Shown piece by piece: positions 10,350 to 18,788 of a stretch of 64,000 bases of DNA. Positions within the stretch are counted from its first letter, which is position 1, and each line of letters opens with the position of its first letter. The DNA comes from a virus (lineage: Duplodnaviria; Caudoviricetes). The position numbers and the translations under genes are program-made. Under the pieces are notes generated by a model. It ran no database searches. It was not told the origin of the DNA and saw only the letters and a list, made by a program, of their open reading frames with translations. The stretch is taken from the IMG/VR virus record IMGVR_UViG_3300046694_000619. One strand, given 5' to 3'.

Positions 10350-10556
10350 TCAGTCCACCTGTTGGCCGCGTATCGACAGAAACTTCCCGTCCTGGTCGAA
10401 GTTGAAAATCGTCATGCCGTCGACCCGTTGGTCTCCCCGGCAGATGATTTGATGCCCCAGTTCGTTGTCGATACATTCGACACCAAAGTCAGCAAGCAGC
10501 GCCTTCAGTTTTTCCTTGTGCGTTGCTGCGGTCGTGTCGTCAATTTGCGTGCTCAT
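10350..10556 (-). CDS. hypothetical protein
   Basis: AAGGAG RBS, CTATAC 31 nt upstream. Confidence 0.6.
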   Translation of the reverse strand: MSTQIDDTTAATHKEKLKALLADFGVECIDNELGHQIICRGDQRVDGMTIFNFDQDGKFLSIRGQQVD

Positions 10557-10617
10557 GGCCGCTCCTTTTTTGTGTTTGCCTGCAAGCGTATAGCAGCCTG
10601 GCAGCTTGCGCGAAAAG

Positions 10618-10650
10618 AAAACCTCCACGGCAGTGCTGCGCGTGGAGGTG
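10618..10650 (-). terminator. terminator hairpin (near-copy at 18731..18765)
   Basis: ACCTCCACG...CGTGGAGGT with A-tract. Confidence 0.7.
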
Positions 10651-10665
10651 GTGAGGTGCTACGTG

Positions 10666-11037
10666 TCAGCCGCAGAGGTATTCTTCGGCGGCAGTCACAA
10701 CCTGGCGTGCATCGTCGACAGCTACGCGAGTGGCAGCCTGAACTGCTTCCTCGGTGCCGGCAACCTTGCCGCTGGCGATTTGACCTTCGATGAGCTGCGT
10801 TGCAACTGAACGGATACGTTCCTGGTTGGCTGCCGGGTAGTGCGCCAGCTGACGCATGCACGCGTCCAGAGTGACAACGACCTGGCAAGCCTCCATGAAA
10901 GCTTGGGGCAATGCTGCCTTGATGGCGGTCTCGGACTCGGCAACCGTACCCTTGTTCACCTTGAGTTCGAGCAGGCGCGTGAAGGTAGCCTTGATACGCG
11001 GTTGCTCGTCTTCGGTGTAACCGGACAACTTCGACAT
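10666..11037 (-). CDS. hypothetical alpha-helical protein
   Basis: AAAGGAGG RBS before MSKLSGY. Confidence 0.7.
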   Translation of the reverse strand: MSKLSGYTEDEQPRIKATFTRLLELKVNKGTVAESETAIKAALPQAFMEACQVVVTLDACMRQLAHYPAANQERIRSVATQLIEGQIASGKVAGTEEAVQAATRVAVDDARQVVTAAEEYLCG

Positions 11038-11048
11038 GAAACCTCCTT

Positions 11049-11414
11049 TTATATCCTGAGACCCGTTCCAGCGAGCAGTGCCGCCTCGCCAACAACAGGA
11101 TGCAACCTTGCGTTTTCTCCCGCGTGGCCTGCATGACCCGGCAGCTTCGTCGTCCAGATTTCCTTGACGCCTTCGAGCTTCTCCTGCTCGGTGAGCTCGC
11201 GCACACCAAACAGGATGCCGTAGTCGTACGAGTAGCTCACGCGGCGGCCGCTCCAGTCTTCGCCCGGATACGTATGGGGCAGAATCATGTCGAGTGTCAC
11301 GGCGTGCAGCTTTGCCTTGACAATCGCGCGGGCGCGCGTTCGTGCCGTTGCGCGGAACATCGTCGCGCCGCGGCAGATAGGCCATTGAAGCCAGACTTCA
11401 GCAACAAAGCTCAC
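11049..11414 (-). CDS. hypothetical protein
   Basis: GTG start overlapping the upstream TGA (GTGA). Confidence 0.5.
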   Translation of the reverse strand: MSFVAEVWLQWPICRGATMFRATARTRARAIVKAKLHAVTLDMILPHTYPGEDWSGRRVSYSYDYGILFGVRELTEQEKLEGVKEIWTTKLPGHAGHAGENARLHPVVGEAALLAGTGLRI

Positions 11415-11854
11415 GCTGACACCTCGTCGCCATAAATCGTGACGACGCGCAGCACCCAGAACCAGTAGTCCCGCGGGCTGTCCGCACATTCCTCGACCAG
11501 CGGCCAGTTGCTGCGTGGATGCGCCAGGTGCTCGCCGAGCTCGTTGCCGTTGGCATGCTTGTCGATGAGCGCCTGAACCTTCACATCCAGTTCCTTGCGC
11601 ACACGAGCCGCGATGTCGAGAAGCCACTTCTCCTGCTTCTCCGACAGCGGCAGGTACGTGTTCAGACGCTGCTGGCAGTTGCGAACGAGACTACGCTCGT
11701 TTTCCGCGAGCGTCTCGCATGCTTCCTGACAGAGATTCAGCGCGCGACGCAGCACCTTCTCGTGCGCGGCCGCTTTCGCCTCCGCTGCCTCGCGTTCAAC
11801 GCGCATCTGCTCACGCACGGCCGGGTCATTCAATCGAGCGAAATCAATAGCCAT
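11411..11854 (-). CDS. hypothetical protein (paralog of 11883..12458)
   Basis: Shares LxDPA, LVRxC, QxKWLLDIA, ANGNxxGEH, PRxxWPL, YWxWxL with its neighbour. Confidence 0.75.
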   Translation of the reverse strand: MAIDFARLNDPAVREQMRVEREAAEAKAAAHEKVLRRALNLCQEACETLAENERSLVRNCQQRLNTYLPLSEKQEKWLLDIAARVRKELDVKVQALIDKHANGNELGEHLAHPRSNWPLVEECADSPRDYWFWVLRVVTIYGDEVSA

Positions 11855-11882
11855 CTTCTTCCTCCGTTATCGGTTTTTCTGG

Positions 11883-12458
11883 TTACATAGCCAACTGTTC
11901 GCGAGTGACCTCGCCGCTTTCCACGCGGTCGGCGCAGTTGCCGCACAGACCGTCCCAGCCTTCATCGTCGAGCTGAGCGCCGCATTCATCACAGTGCTCT
12001 TCCTCACCGCCGTTGCGCACGAGTTCGCTGAGCGCCCAATGCCAGTACGCCGTGGGCTTCAGGCCCTTGACGCCGGCCAGCGGCCACTTTTCGCGCGGAT
12101 ACGTGGGGTGCTCGCCGTCAGCATTGCCGTTGGCCCACTTGTGGACCAGCCGGTCAATGTCTTCGGCCACTTCCCCGTTGGTGCGTTGGGCGATGTCGAG
12201 CAGCCACTTCTGCTGCCCAGCGGTCAACGGCACCACCGCCTTGAGCAGCTCGCGACACGAACGCACGAGCCCCAATTCAGGCTGCGTGAGGTCTTCACGG
12301 GCCGCGAGACACGTATGAATCGCAACGCGCAGCGTGTAGTACTGCGCACGCTCCGCATTGCTCATCGCATCGACCTTCGCCTGACGCTGCAGTACTTCGC
12401 GGCGTTGATGCAACTCAGCCACATTTGCGGGGTCATCCAGCTTGGCGTTGTGTTTCAT
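11883..12458 (-). CDS. hypothetical protein with C-terminal Zn ribbon (paralog of 11411..11854)
   Basis: Same motifs plus CDEC...CGNC; GGAGG RBS. Confidence 0.75.
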   Translation of the reverse strand: MKHNAKLDDPANVAELHQRREVLQRQAKVDAMSNAERAQYYTLRVAIHTCLAAREDLTQPELGLVRSCRELLKAVVPLTAGQQKWLLDIAQRTNGEVAEDIDRLVHKWANGNADGEHPTYPREKWPLAGVKGLKPTAYWHWALSELVRNGGEEEHCDECGAQLDDEGWDGLCGNCADRVESGEVTREQLAM

Positions 12459-12477
12459 TTTTCTATCCTCCGGGTTG

Positions 12478-13113
12478 TCATTCAAAATAAAAGCGGGGCG
12501 TCGTCAGCGCGATGTAGCAGGTCTGGTCATCGAGGTCGCCCACCTGCTCCTTCTTTGCGGTGTTCACGTACTCGATGACCCCATAACCGCGGGCCACCAG
12601 GATGTCGCGGTACGCCTGCGCGATGTCCGTCATCAACTGCGTCTCAGCGCCTTCAGCCTTGAGCATGCTCACGCGCGGCCAGTCCTTCTCTGCCGTCATT
12701 ACATCGAGACAGGCCTGCGGGCTTGCATGACCCCGGAGGGCTGCATACCGCGCGAGCAGGTCAGGACGCTCAGTCAAGGTGACCTTGCCGATGTCATGGG
12801 CCAGTGCGTGATAGTCCGCACCCACAAACGCGACGTGACCGCCGGTTTCCGGATGCGACAGCATGCAAGTCGAGCCTGGAAAATCCACGAAACGCTGGTT
12901 CAGTTTGTAGACTTCGCCTACGAGCCGCACCGGAATGACCCGGCCGCCCGTCCGCTTGCCATGACCCTTTCGCCCTGGATTTCTCAAGGCAAACTTGTTG
13001 GCGAGCGCGGGCGTCTTCGAGAAGTGTGGCCCGACCACGCGGTCGATTGAAAATGTGCCCGGCTCGAACGTGTCGAAATCGACCTTCGTGCCGTGATAAC
13101 CAATAATTTCCAT
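12478..13113 (-). CDS. ADP-ribosyltransferase-like protein (ART-PolyVal-type)
   Basis: YHGT..FDTF...GPHFS...A..FA...VIPVRL...GYGVIEY pattern. Confidence 0.6.
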   Translation of the reverse strand: MEIIGYHGTKVDFDTFEPGTFSIDRVVGPHFSKTPALANKFALRNPGRKGHGKRTGGRVIPVRLVGEVYKLNQRFVDFPGSTCMLSHPETGGHVAFVGADYHALAHDIGKVTLTERPDLLARYAALRGHASPQACLDVMTAEKDWPRVSMLKAEGAETQLMTDIAQAYRDILVARGYGVIEYVNTAKKEQVGDLDDQTCYIALTTPRFYFE

Positions 13114-13305
13114 ACCCTACCTCCAGATGTGTTGTTTCCTCTGGAGTCGTATAGAGAAATACGAAGGCTCGAACTTGCCCGGAAGTTGACAAATACGTAT
13201 TGTACGGTAATCTATGTGACGTTGCCAGTTAACGCTGAGGCTCCGTCCGGATGGATGTTGCTGTCAAAACGCTATACGATTGACCCAACAATCAAGGAGT
13301 GCCCC

Positions 13306-13608
13306 GTGGCTGACCGCCTGCGTGAGAGTTACCAGAAGCTGATGCGCGAGCCGTTCTATCGGGCCCGCGCCGCCAACGCCCGCGCGAAGAAGCTCGAGCA
13401 GCGCGTCTACTCGCTCATCACCGCCGTGCTGCTCTTCGGGCTGTTCGGCTCGGGCGCGGTGTGGGAGCTGCAGGGGCCCGATACGTTCTGGTTTGGCGTG
13501 GCGGCCGCGGTCGTCGCGCTCTACAGCCTGGCCGTATTCCTGATTGACTGGCCGGCCCTCGCCATCGACCTGCGCGCGCGGGAAGCGCTCGACGCGGGCT
13601 CGCGCTGA
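13306..13608 (+). CDS. two-TM protein (paralog of 14923..15243)
   Basis: AAGGAG RBS with GTG start; DR...Y..M...R.RA, two TMs, FL.D...DLR. Confidence 0.65.
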   Translation: MADRLRESYQKLMREPFYRARAANARAKKLEQRVYSLITAVLLFGLFGSGAVWELQGPDTFWFGVAAAVVALYSLAVFLIDWPALAIDLRAREALDAGSR

Positions 13609-13696
13609 GCCCTCCCCCTTGCGCGCCTCAATGAAAAAACCGCGACCATGAAGGCCGCGGTTGAGGTGCAGTTTGAGTCCGAGGTTACGCCAGAGA

Positions 13697-14785
13697 TTAA
13701 GCCGCCGGCGCCATCATTGCCTCGCGCAATGCGACGGCGCGCTCGAGTTTGCCCTTGGCGAGCCTCTGGTAGTCATCCTTGTTGGTCTTCACGTACGCGT
13801 TCGCGCCGGTGACCTCGACGAAATCGCGCAGCACATCCATGGCGAGCAGGAAGTGCGACAGGTCGAGGTAGTTCAGCGCATCCGTCATACCAAGCCACAT
13901 CGAGGATGCCGGTTGCGTCAGGGTGTCTTCGAACGCGAGCGCGAGGTAGATGCAGAACGACAGGCCGTACTGCTCGCCCATCCCCAGCATGAACCACGCG
14001 ATGTCCGAGCGACGCCCGTGCCGCTCAATCATCACATCCCAGCGACCTTCCCACAGTTCGTACTCGGCACCCATGACCCGTTTCACGAGCGTGTTGGCCA
14101 GCGCTGTGATGCGCGCGCGTTCCGGGTGGTCCAGCAGCTTCTGCAGCCAGACTTCCGTGTCAGCGACGCGCACAAACGGATGCGTGACGGTGCTCACGAA
14201 ATCGCGTGGCGCCGGCTCGAATGAGTGCGGGTCCATGCGCTGCACTTCGAACATCGGAAGCTTCTCCGACGCACGCGGTTCGCCGAACACATTGGTGAGC
14301 CGCGTCTTCAGCTCAGCGGGTGTGCACACGATTTTGCGAACGCCGCGTGTCTCGTGCAGGAGATTGCGCGCCATTTCCTGGTTGCCCGGCACCTTCAGCC
14401 AGTCATCCAGGTCCACGAGATACAGATAAGCGTGAGGACCGTACCAGTCGTCAGACTTGTCCAGCCACATCCCGATTTTCATGCGAAAGGTCTCGGCGGC
14501 TACATCCTGCCAGACCTTCGAGGTGCCGCGCGAGCGCCAGCGCTCAACTTCCGCGGCAGCGTTCGCTTCGGCTGCGGTGCCGAGTAGCTCGGTGAGCGAC
14601 ACGAACACGACGCCGCCCGGTTTGGCCGCAACCGGCTCAACCAGATGCACGAGCCCTTCTTTCTCGACACCCGACAACCCCAGCTGCGTGAGCAGCTCGA
14701 GGATGCGCGCGGGTCCGGTTTCGTCCGGCGCCGGCAGCTTGTAGCCAGCGTGCGCGTTGCGAATCTTTTCCCAGTTCGACGTCAT
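13697..14785 (-). CDS. hypothetical protein with degenerate ABC/SMC-type ATPase C-terminal lobe
   Basis: LGMGEQ..LSFCIYLAL...MTDALNYLD resembles signature, Walker B and D-loop; no Walker A seen. Confidence 0.5.
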   Translation of the reverse strand: MTSNWEKIRNAHAGYKLPAPDETGPARILELLTQLGLSGVEKEGLVHLVEPVAAKPGGVVFVSLTELLGTAAEANAAAEVERWRSRGTSKVWQDVAAETFRMKIGMWLDKSDDWYGPHAYLYLVDLDDWLKVPGNQEMARNLLHETRGVRKIVCTPAELKTRLTNVFGEPRASEKLPMFEVQRMDPHSFEPAPRDFVSTVTHPFVRVADTEVWLQKLLDHPERARITALANTLVKRVMGAEYELWEGRWDVMIERHGRRSDIAWFMLGMGEQYGLSFCIYLALAFEDTLTQPASSMWLGMTDALNYLDLSHFLLAMDVLRDFVEVTGANAYVKTNKDDYQRLAKGKLERAVALREAMMAPAA

Positions 14786-14819
14786 ATTTTTCCTCCGGTT
14801 ATTGAACGTTCCTGGAACG

Positions 14820-14895
14820 GTATAGCTCGTGGCCACACGCGCGCCGCCGGCCGGCGCATCCGAGGGCAGAACATGACCGGGTGCGCGAGCTATAC
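14820..14895. promoter_or_regulatory. back-to-back CTATAC motifs of a divergent gene pair
   Basis: GTATAG 14820-14825 (34 nt from ATG 14785) and CTATAC 14890-14895 (27 nt from ATG 14923). Confidence 0.6.
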
Positions 14896-14922
14896 GAATG
14901 ACTTCAATTTCGGGGGCTCTCC

Positions 14923-15243
14923 ATGTCCGACCGCCAGGCTCGCGCGTATCGCGTGATGATGACCGACTCCTACATGCGCGAACGCGCGCGGCGCAGTCGT
15001 CTGTTGCCGCTTCGTGCGCGCATGGCCAGCGTGGTAGCGAGTGCGATGGCGTTTGGTGCGCTCACCCCGGCCGTGCCTCTCGTACTCGACCTGCCACTGG
15101 GTGGCCTGCTCGCCGTGGGTACTGCTGCGGCCGCACTCTTCAGCCTGCAGCGGTTCCTCTTTGACTCGACGATTCTTTACGTCGACCTGCGCCGGCTTGA
15201 CGCCGAGCTGCGCGGCCGTGGCCCGGTAGACGACAAAGCCTAG
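14923..15243 (+). CDS. two-TM protein (paralog of 13306..13608)
   Basis: MSDRQARAYRVMM...FLFDSTILYVDLRR. Confidence 0.65.
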   Translation: MSDRQARAYRVMMTDSYMRERARRSRLLPLRARMASVVASAMAFGALTPAVPLVLDLPLGGLLAVGTAAAALFSLQRFLFDSTILYVDLRRLDAELRGRGPVDDKA

Positions 15244-15632
15244 CTGTTTTCGCGGATGAATTCTCGGTTTCGCCGCGCGAGGTTGATGCCCGTGCCCTTG
15301 ACGCTCGGGCGTCGACGGATAGCCGCCTGATGCCGCGCCACGCGTTTTTTCTCAAGCATGCGTTCGCGCAGCCGCAGCCAGAGGAGCTGGTTTGCTTCCC
15401 CGTTTGCCTCGCCGGATGCCTCGTCTGATGCGCGGCGCGTCGCCCGGCGTATCGCGAGACGGGCCATTGCCACGACGTAGTGCGACGAGTGATTGCCAGA
15501 CGGCGCGCCACGTTGCGCCTTGACGGCGGCCTTAAGCGCCTGCCGGTCGAGACGGTGCAGCAGCCTGCGATTGGCTACCCGGTTGACGGGCCGGTCGACG
15601 TGCCGGATGCGTTGTTCCCAGACGATGCTCAT
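15240..15632 (-). CDS. very basic hypothetical protein
   Basis: Arg-rich ORF after a GGGAG RBS. Confidence 0.5.
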   Translation of the reverse strand: MSIVWEQRIRHVDRPVNRVANRRLLHRLDRQALKAAVKAQRGAPSGNHSSHYVVAMARLAIRRATRRASDEASGEANGEANQLLWLRLRERMLEKKRVARHQAAIRRRPSVKGTGINLARRNREFIRENS

Positions 15633-15803
15633 TGCGCGGCGCACTCCCTGTTTTTCACGACGCCTGGATTTGGGCGGCGTCCCGTTCGAAGTATATGTGA
15701 GCGCGCTGCCGTGACCGCCTGGCCACCCCCGCGGCGAGAGCGAATTTTCCGGAGCGGACCGTTTCGGGACCGACATGTTTTTTTCCGAGGTAGACGCGTT
15801 TTT

Positions 15804-16070
15804 CCGCCCCCGAAATCTCCCTGCCTCAAAAGTCAATTTACGGACAGAGCCCGGCGGACCGCGAACTTCGACCCCTTTGCCGAGCGCTTTTTCGGAAATG
15901 CCGGGACCCGGATAGCCCGAATCTGGAAATGCCATTTTACGGAAATGCCGGTTAAGGCTATTCCGGAAAAGCGAAAGGCGTCAATCCAGAGGGACGAGGG
16001 GTTTGGCTGAGCCTGATGTCCGTAAATTGACTTCTAGTTATAGGGCGATTTTTGAGGCGGACGGGGGCGG
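15804..16070. repeat. nested inverted repeats enclosing three GGAAATGCC direct repeats
   Basis: Perfect 17-bp IR at 15830-15846 and 16017-16033; outer GCCTCAAAA and CCGCCCCC IRs; GGAAATGCC at 15894, 15925, 15941. Confidence 0.85.
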
Positions 16071-16120
16071 GAGGCCGTGATGCTGAAGCAGTTATTCGCG
16101 CTACGCGTGCAAGCAACGCA

Positions 16121-16610
16121 AAGTCTGTCGGGCCGAACAATAAAGTCTGTCGCGGCAACGCACGCGGAATGTTCTCGTTGCTTTCGCTGAACCTGGCGTG
16201 CAGCATGAATTTTTCGACGGAGGATGTCATGCGCACATCGGAGCGCAATGCTCGCGACGAAAACATAGAGGCCCTGGCAGGCGCTCTTTTTCATGTTCTG
16301 GCTACCAACCCAATGGGATGCCGCTGGACCGAAATTCCAGAGGCAATTGGTCTGCTGCTCAAGCTCTTTGGCACCACGCTCATCACGATTACAGATGCCA
16401 ATAACGAGGAGGCGGAGAACATCTTGAACGACATGAATTCCCGCTTCGACAAGGGCTACAAAAGACCTACATCCATCTTTTTCACGAAGTAACCACGCCG
16501 GGACTTGAGCGCGGATGAGCCGACGGCCACATATTCTGTGGCACGCCAGCAACAGCCACGCTCAAGTCCCGACAGACTTTATTGTTCGAGGCCCGACAGA
16601 CTTAATTGTT
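16121..16610. mobile_element. candidate degenerate miniature Tn7/Tn5053-like element
   Basis: About 32-bp inverted ends (16121-16152, 16570-16603), each with two AAGTCTGTCG units; ACAATAAAGTCT core resembles a Tn7 TnsB site. Confidence 0.5.
16229..16492 (+). CDS. hypothetical protein (cargo between inverted repeats)
   Basis: GGAGG RBS, lower GC than the flanks. Confidence 0.6.
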   Translation: MRTSERNARDENIEALAGALFHVLATNPMGCRWTEIPEAIGLLLKLFGTTLITITDANNEEAENILNDMNSRFDKGYKRPTSIFFTK

Positions 16611-16614
16611 TGAA

Positions 16615-18636
16615 TCACGGTGCAAGTGCGTCGACAGGCACAGAGCTGCTGTTGAGCGTTCCATCGCCGAGTGCGCCTGTCGTGTTATCACCCCAGCACT
16701 TCAAGCCAGTGCCCAGCTGCGCGCAGCTGAAGTAATACCCGTCCAGCACGCGCGTCACGCCTGCGCCCAGGCCGATGACCGTCGAAGGCAATGACACGTT
16801 CGTGCGTGTGTTGTTGCCAATTTGGCCCCAGTTGTTATAGCCCCAGCACAAGGCCGCAGAATTTGCCGTGGCGCAGGCGTGGATGTTTCCCGCGCTCACG
16901 CTCGTGACGCCGGCGCCCAGGCCAGTGACCGCAACGGGCACGTTGCTGTTGGTCAGGCTGCCGTTACCCAGTTGACCGGCGCTATTCAGCCCCCAGCAAT
17001 AGAGTCCGCTGTTGACAATCGCGCAAGTAAAGTTGGCGCCAAGCGCAAAGCCCGTGACGCCCGACGTCATTCCGGTCACCTGAACAGGAACGCCGCTTTG
17101 CACGGTATTGCCGTTGCCCAGCTGCCCAGACGTGCCGGCTCCCCAACATTTCAGCCCGCCCGAGACCAGGGCGCAGGTGTGATACCACGTTCCCGCAACC
17201 CGGGTCACGCCGGAGGTGAGTCCGATAACCTGAACCGGCACGGAGCTATCGGTCAGCGTGTTGTTGCCCAACTGATAGTTCCCGTTAAGGCCCCAGCATT
17301 TCGCGCTGCCAGATACCGTTGCGCACGTATGGTAGTACCCGGCCGACAGCGTCGACACACCGCTCGCCAGTCCGCTCACCAACGTCAGGACGCCGCTGCT
17401 CGCCGTCGAATTGTTGCCCAGCTGGCCGTAGCCGTTGTATCCCCAACAGTACGCGCCCCCGTTAATCTGTGCGCACGTGTGATAGTAGCCGGCCGTGATG
17501 CTTGTCACAGGCCCTGGCAGCCCGACAACGTTGACCGGGACGAGACTGTCCGTCGTGGTTCCATTGCCAAGCTGGCCATAACCGTTAGAGCCCCAGCACT
17601 GCAGACTGCCCGACGGAGTGACGACGCAGGTGTGGTGGCCGCCGGTCGCAACCTGCACCGCCTGAATGGGCGCGCCGTTAACCGTGAGCGTGTAGACCTG
17701 CTGACCTGTTTTGGCCCGGTAGCTGGCCACGACCTGGAACGACGACCCTGCATCGTTGCGCGCGGTCGGCGTGCCGCTGAGCAGCCCATCGGCCGACACG
17801 CTCAAGCCCGCGGGCAGCCCGGTTGCGGTGAAGCTTGCCTTGCTCGCGTCAAACGAATCGTCGCCGCTCACGCTGAGCTGTGTCTTGAAGTCGTAGGGCG
17901 TGTAGGCGGTGTTCGCGCGCGCCGCGGGCAGCGTTGCCGTCGCGAGGCTCACCGCAATATCGAGCGTCACCACCTGATAGGTTTGCTGCCCATTGAAGCC
18001 GCGGTACGTCGCGCGGGCGGTTACTGAGCCGGAACCCGAGGTCACCGGTGTGCCGCCAATCCAGCCATCGCTGGTGAGATACAGCCCCGAGGGCAGCGTG
18101 CTCGACACCACAGACCACGTGACACCTGTGCCGTTGTATGAGGCATCGCCGGTAACCGACAGAAGCGAGCGCAGGTCATAGCTGTAGGCTTCCCCCACGA
18201 TGGCCTGGGGCGGCGCGCCGGCCGAGAGTGCGACCGTGATGCTGGCTACGTAAATCTGGTATCCCTGCTGACCCGCTTTGGTTTTGTACGAGGCCATCAC
18301 CTGGAAGCTCGATGTGCCCCCGGCCGTCGGTGTGCCGCTGACCGTACCATCGCTGTTGAGTGTGAGCCCCGCAGGCAGGCTGCCGGAGGTCAGACTCCAG
18401 CGCACGCCATAGCCGGTGTACGCAGCGTCGCCGGTGACCGCGAGCAGGCTTTTCAGGTTAGCGCCCGCGTACGGCTGACCGACAAGCCCACTGGGTAGGG
18501 CGCTGGCGCTGAGAGAAACTCCGATATTGCTTGTCGTTGTGCGATTGGGGACTGGCACCACGACAAAGTAGGAACTGGCGAGCGAGCCTAGGCTAGTCAG
18601 CGCGAGTGTCGCGGCCAGCAATGAGTGTTTAAGCAT
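16615..18636 (-). CDS. secreted Ig-repeat (He_PIG-like) surface protein with RCC1/BLIP-II beta-propeller
   Basis: Signal peptide, three LPxGL..GTP repeats, seven CWGxNxxGQLG-type repeats. Confidence 0.85.
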   Translation of the reverse strand: MLKHSLLAATLALTSLGSLASSYFVVVPVPNRTTTSNIGVSLSASALPSGLVGQPYAGANLKSLLAVTGDAAYTGYGVRWSLTSGSLPAGLTLNSDGTVSGTPTAGGTSSFQVMASYKTKAGQQGYQIYVASITVALSAGAPPQAIVGEAYSYDLRSLLSVTGDASYNGTGVTWSVVSSTLPSGLYLTSDGWIGGTPVTSGSGSVTARATYRGFNGQQTYQVVTLDIAVSLATATLPAARANTAYTPYDFKTQLSVSGDDSFDASKASFTATGLPAGLSVSADGLLSGTPTARNDAGSSFQVVASYRAKTGQQVYTLTVNGAPIQAVQVATGGHHTCVVTPSGSLQCWGSNGYGQLGNGTTTDSLVPVNVVGLPGPVTSITAGYYHTCAQINGGAYCWGYNGYGQLGNNSTASSGVLTLVSGLASGVSTLSAGYYHTCATVSGSAKCWGLNGNYQLGNNTLTDSSVPVQVIGLTSGVTRVAGTWYHTCALVSGGLKCWGAGTSGQLGNGNTVQSGVPVQVTGMTSGVTGFALGANFTCAIVNSGLYCWGLNSAGQLGNGSLTNSNVPVAVTGLGAGVTSVSAGNIHACATANSAALCWGYNNWGQIGNNTRTNVSLPSTVIGLGAGVTRVLDGYYFSCAQLGTGLKCWGDNTTGALGDGTLNSSSVPVDALAP

Positions 18637-18788
18637 GAAAAATCCCTTTGGGACGGACGTGCGTCAGCGACCTGGGTTACAGGCCAACTTGGTAGTTGGT
18701 ATAGCGTTGAAAGAGCTCAGCGTTTCGATGAAAAAACCTCCATGGCATCGCTGCGCATGGAGGTGTGAGGGTTGGTGCTTGAAGTGGC

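Noticed and set aside
15890-16610. Possible CRISPR array or iteron set
   Set aside because: Repeats are short, few, irregularly spaced or inverted; no cas or rep gene is adjacent.
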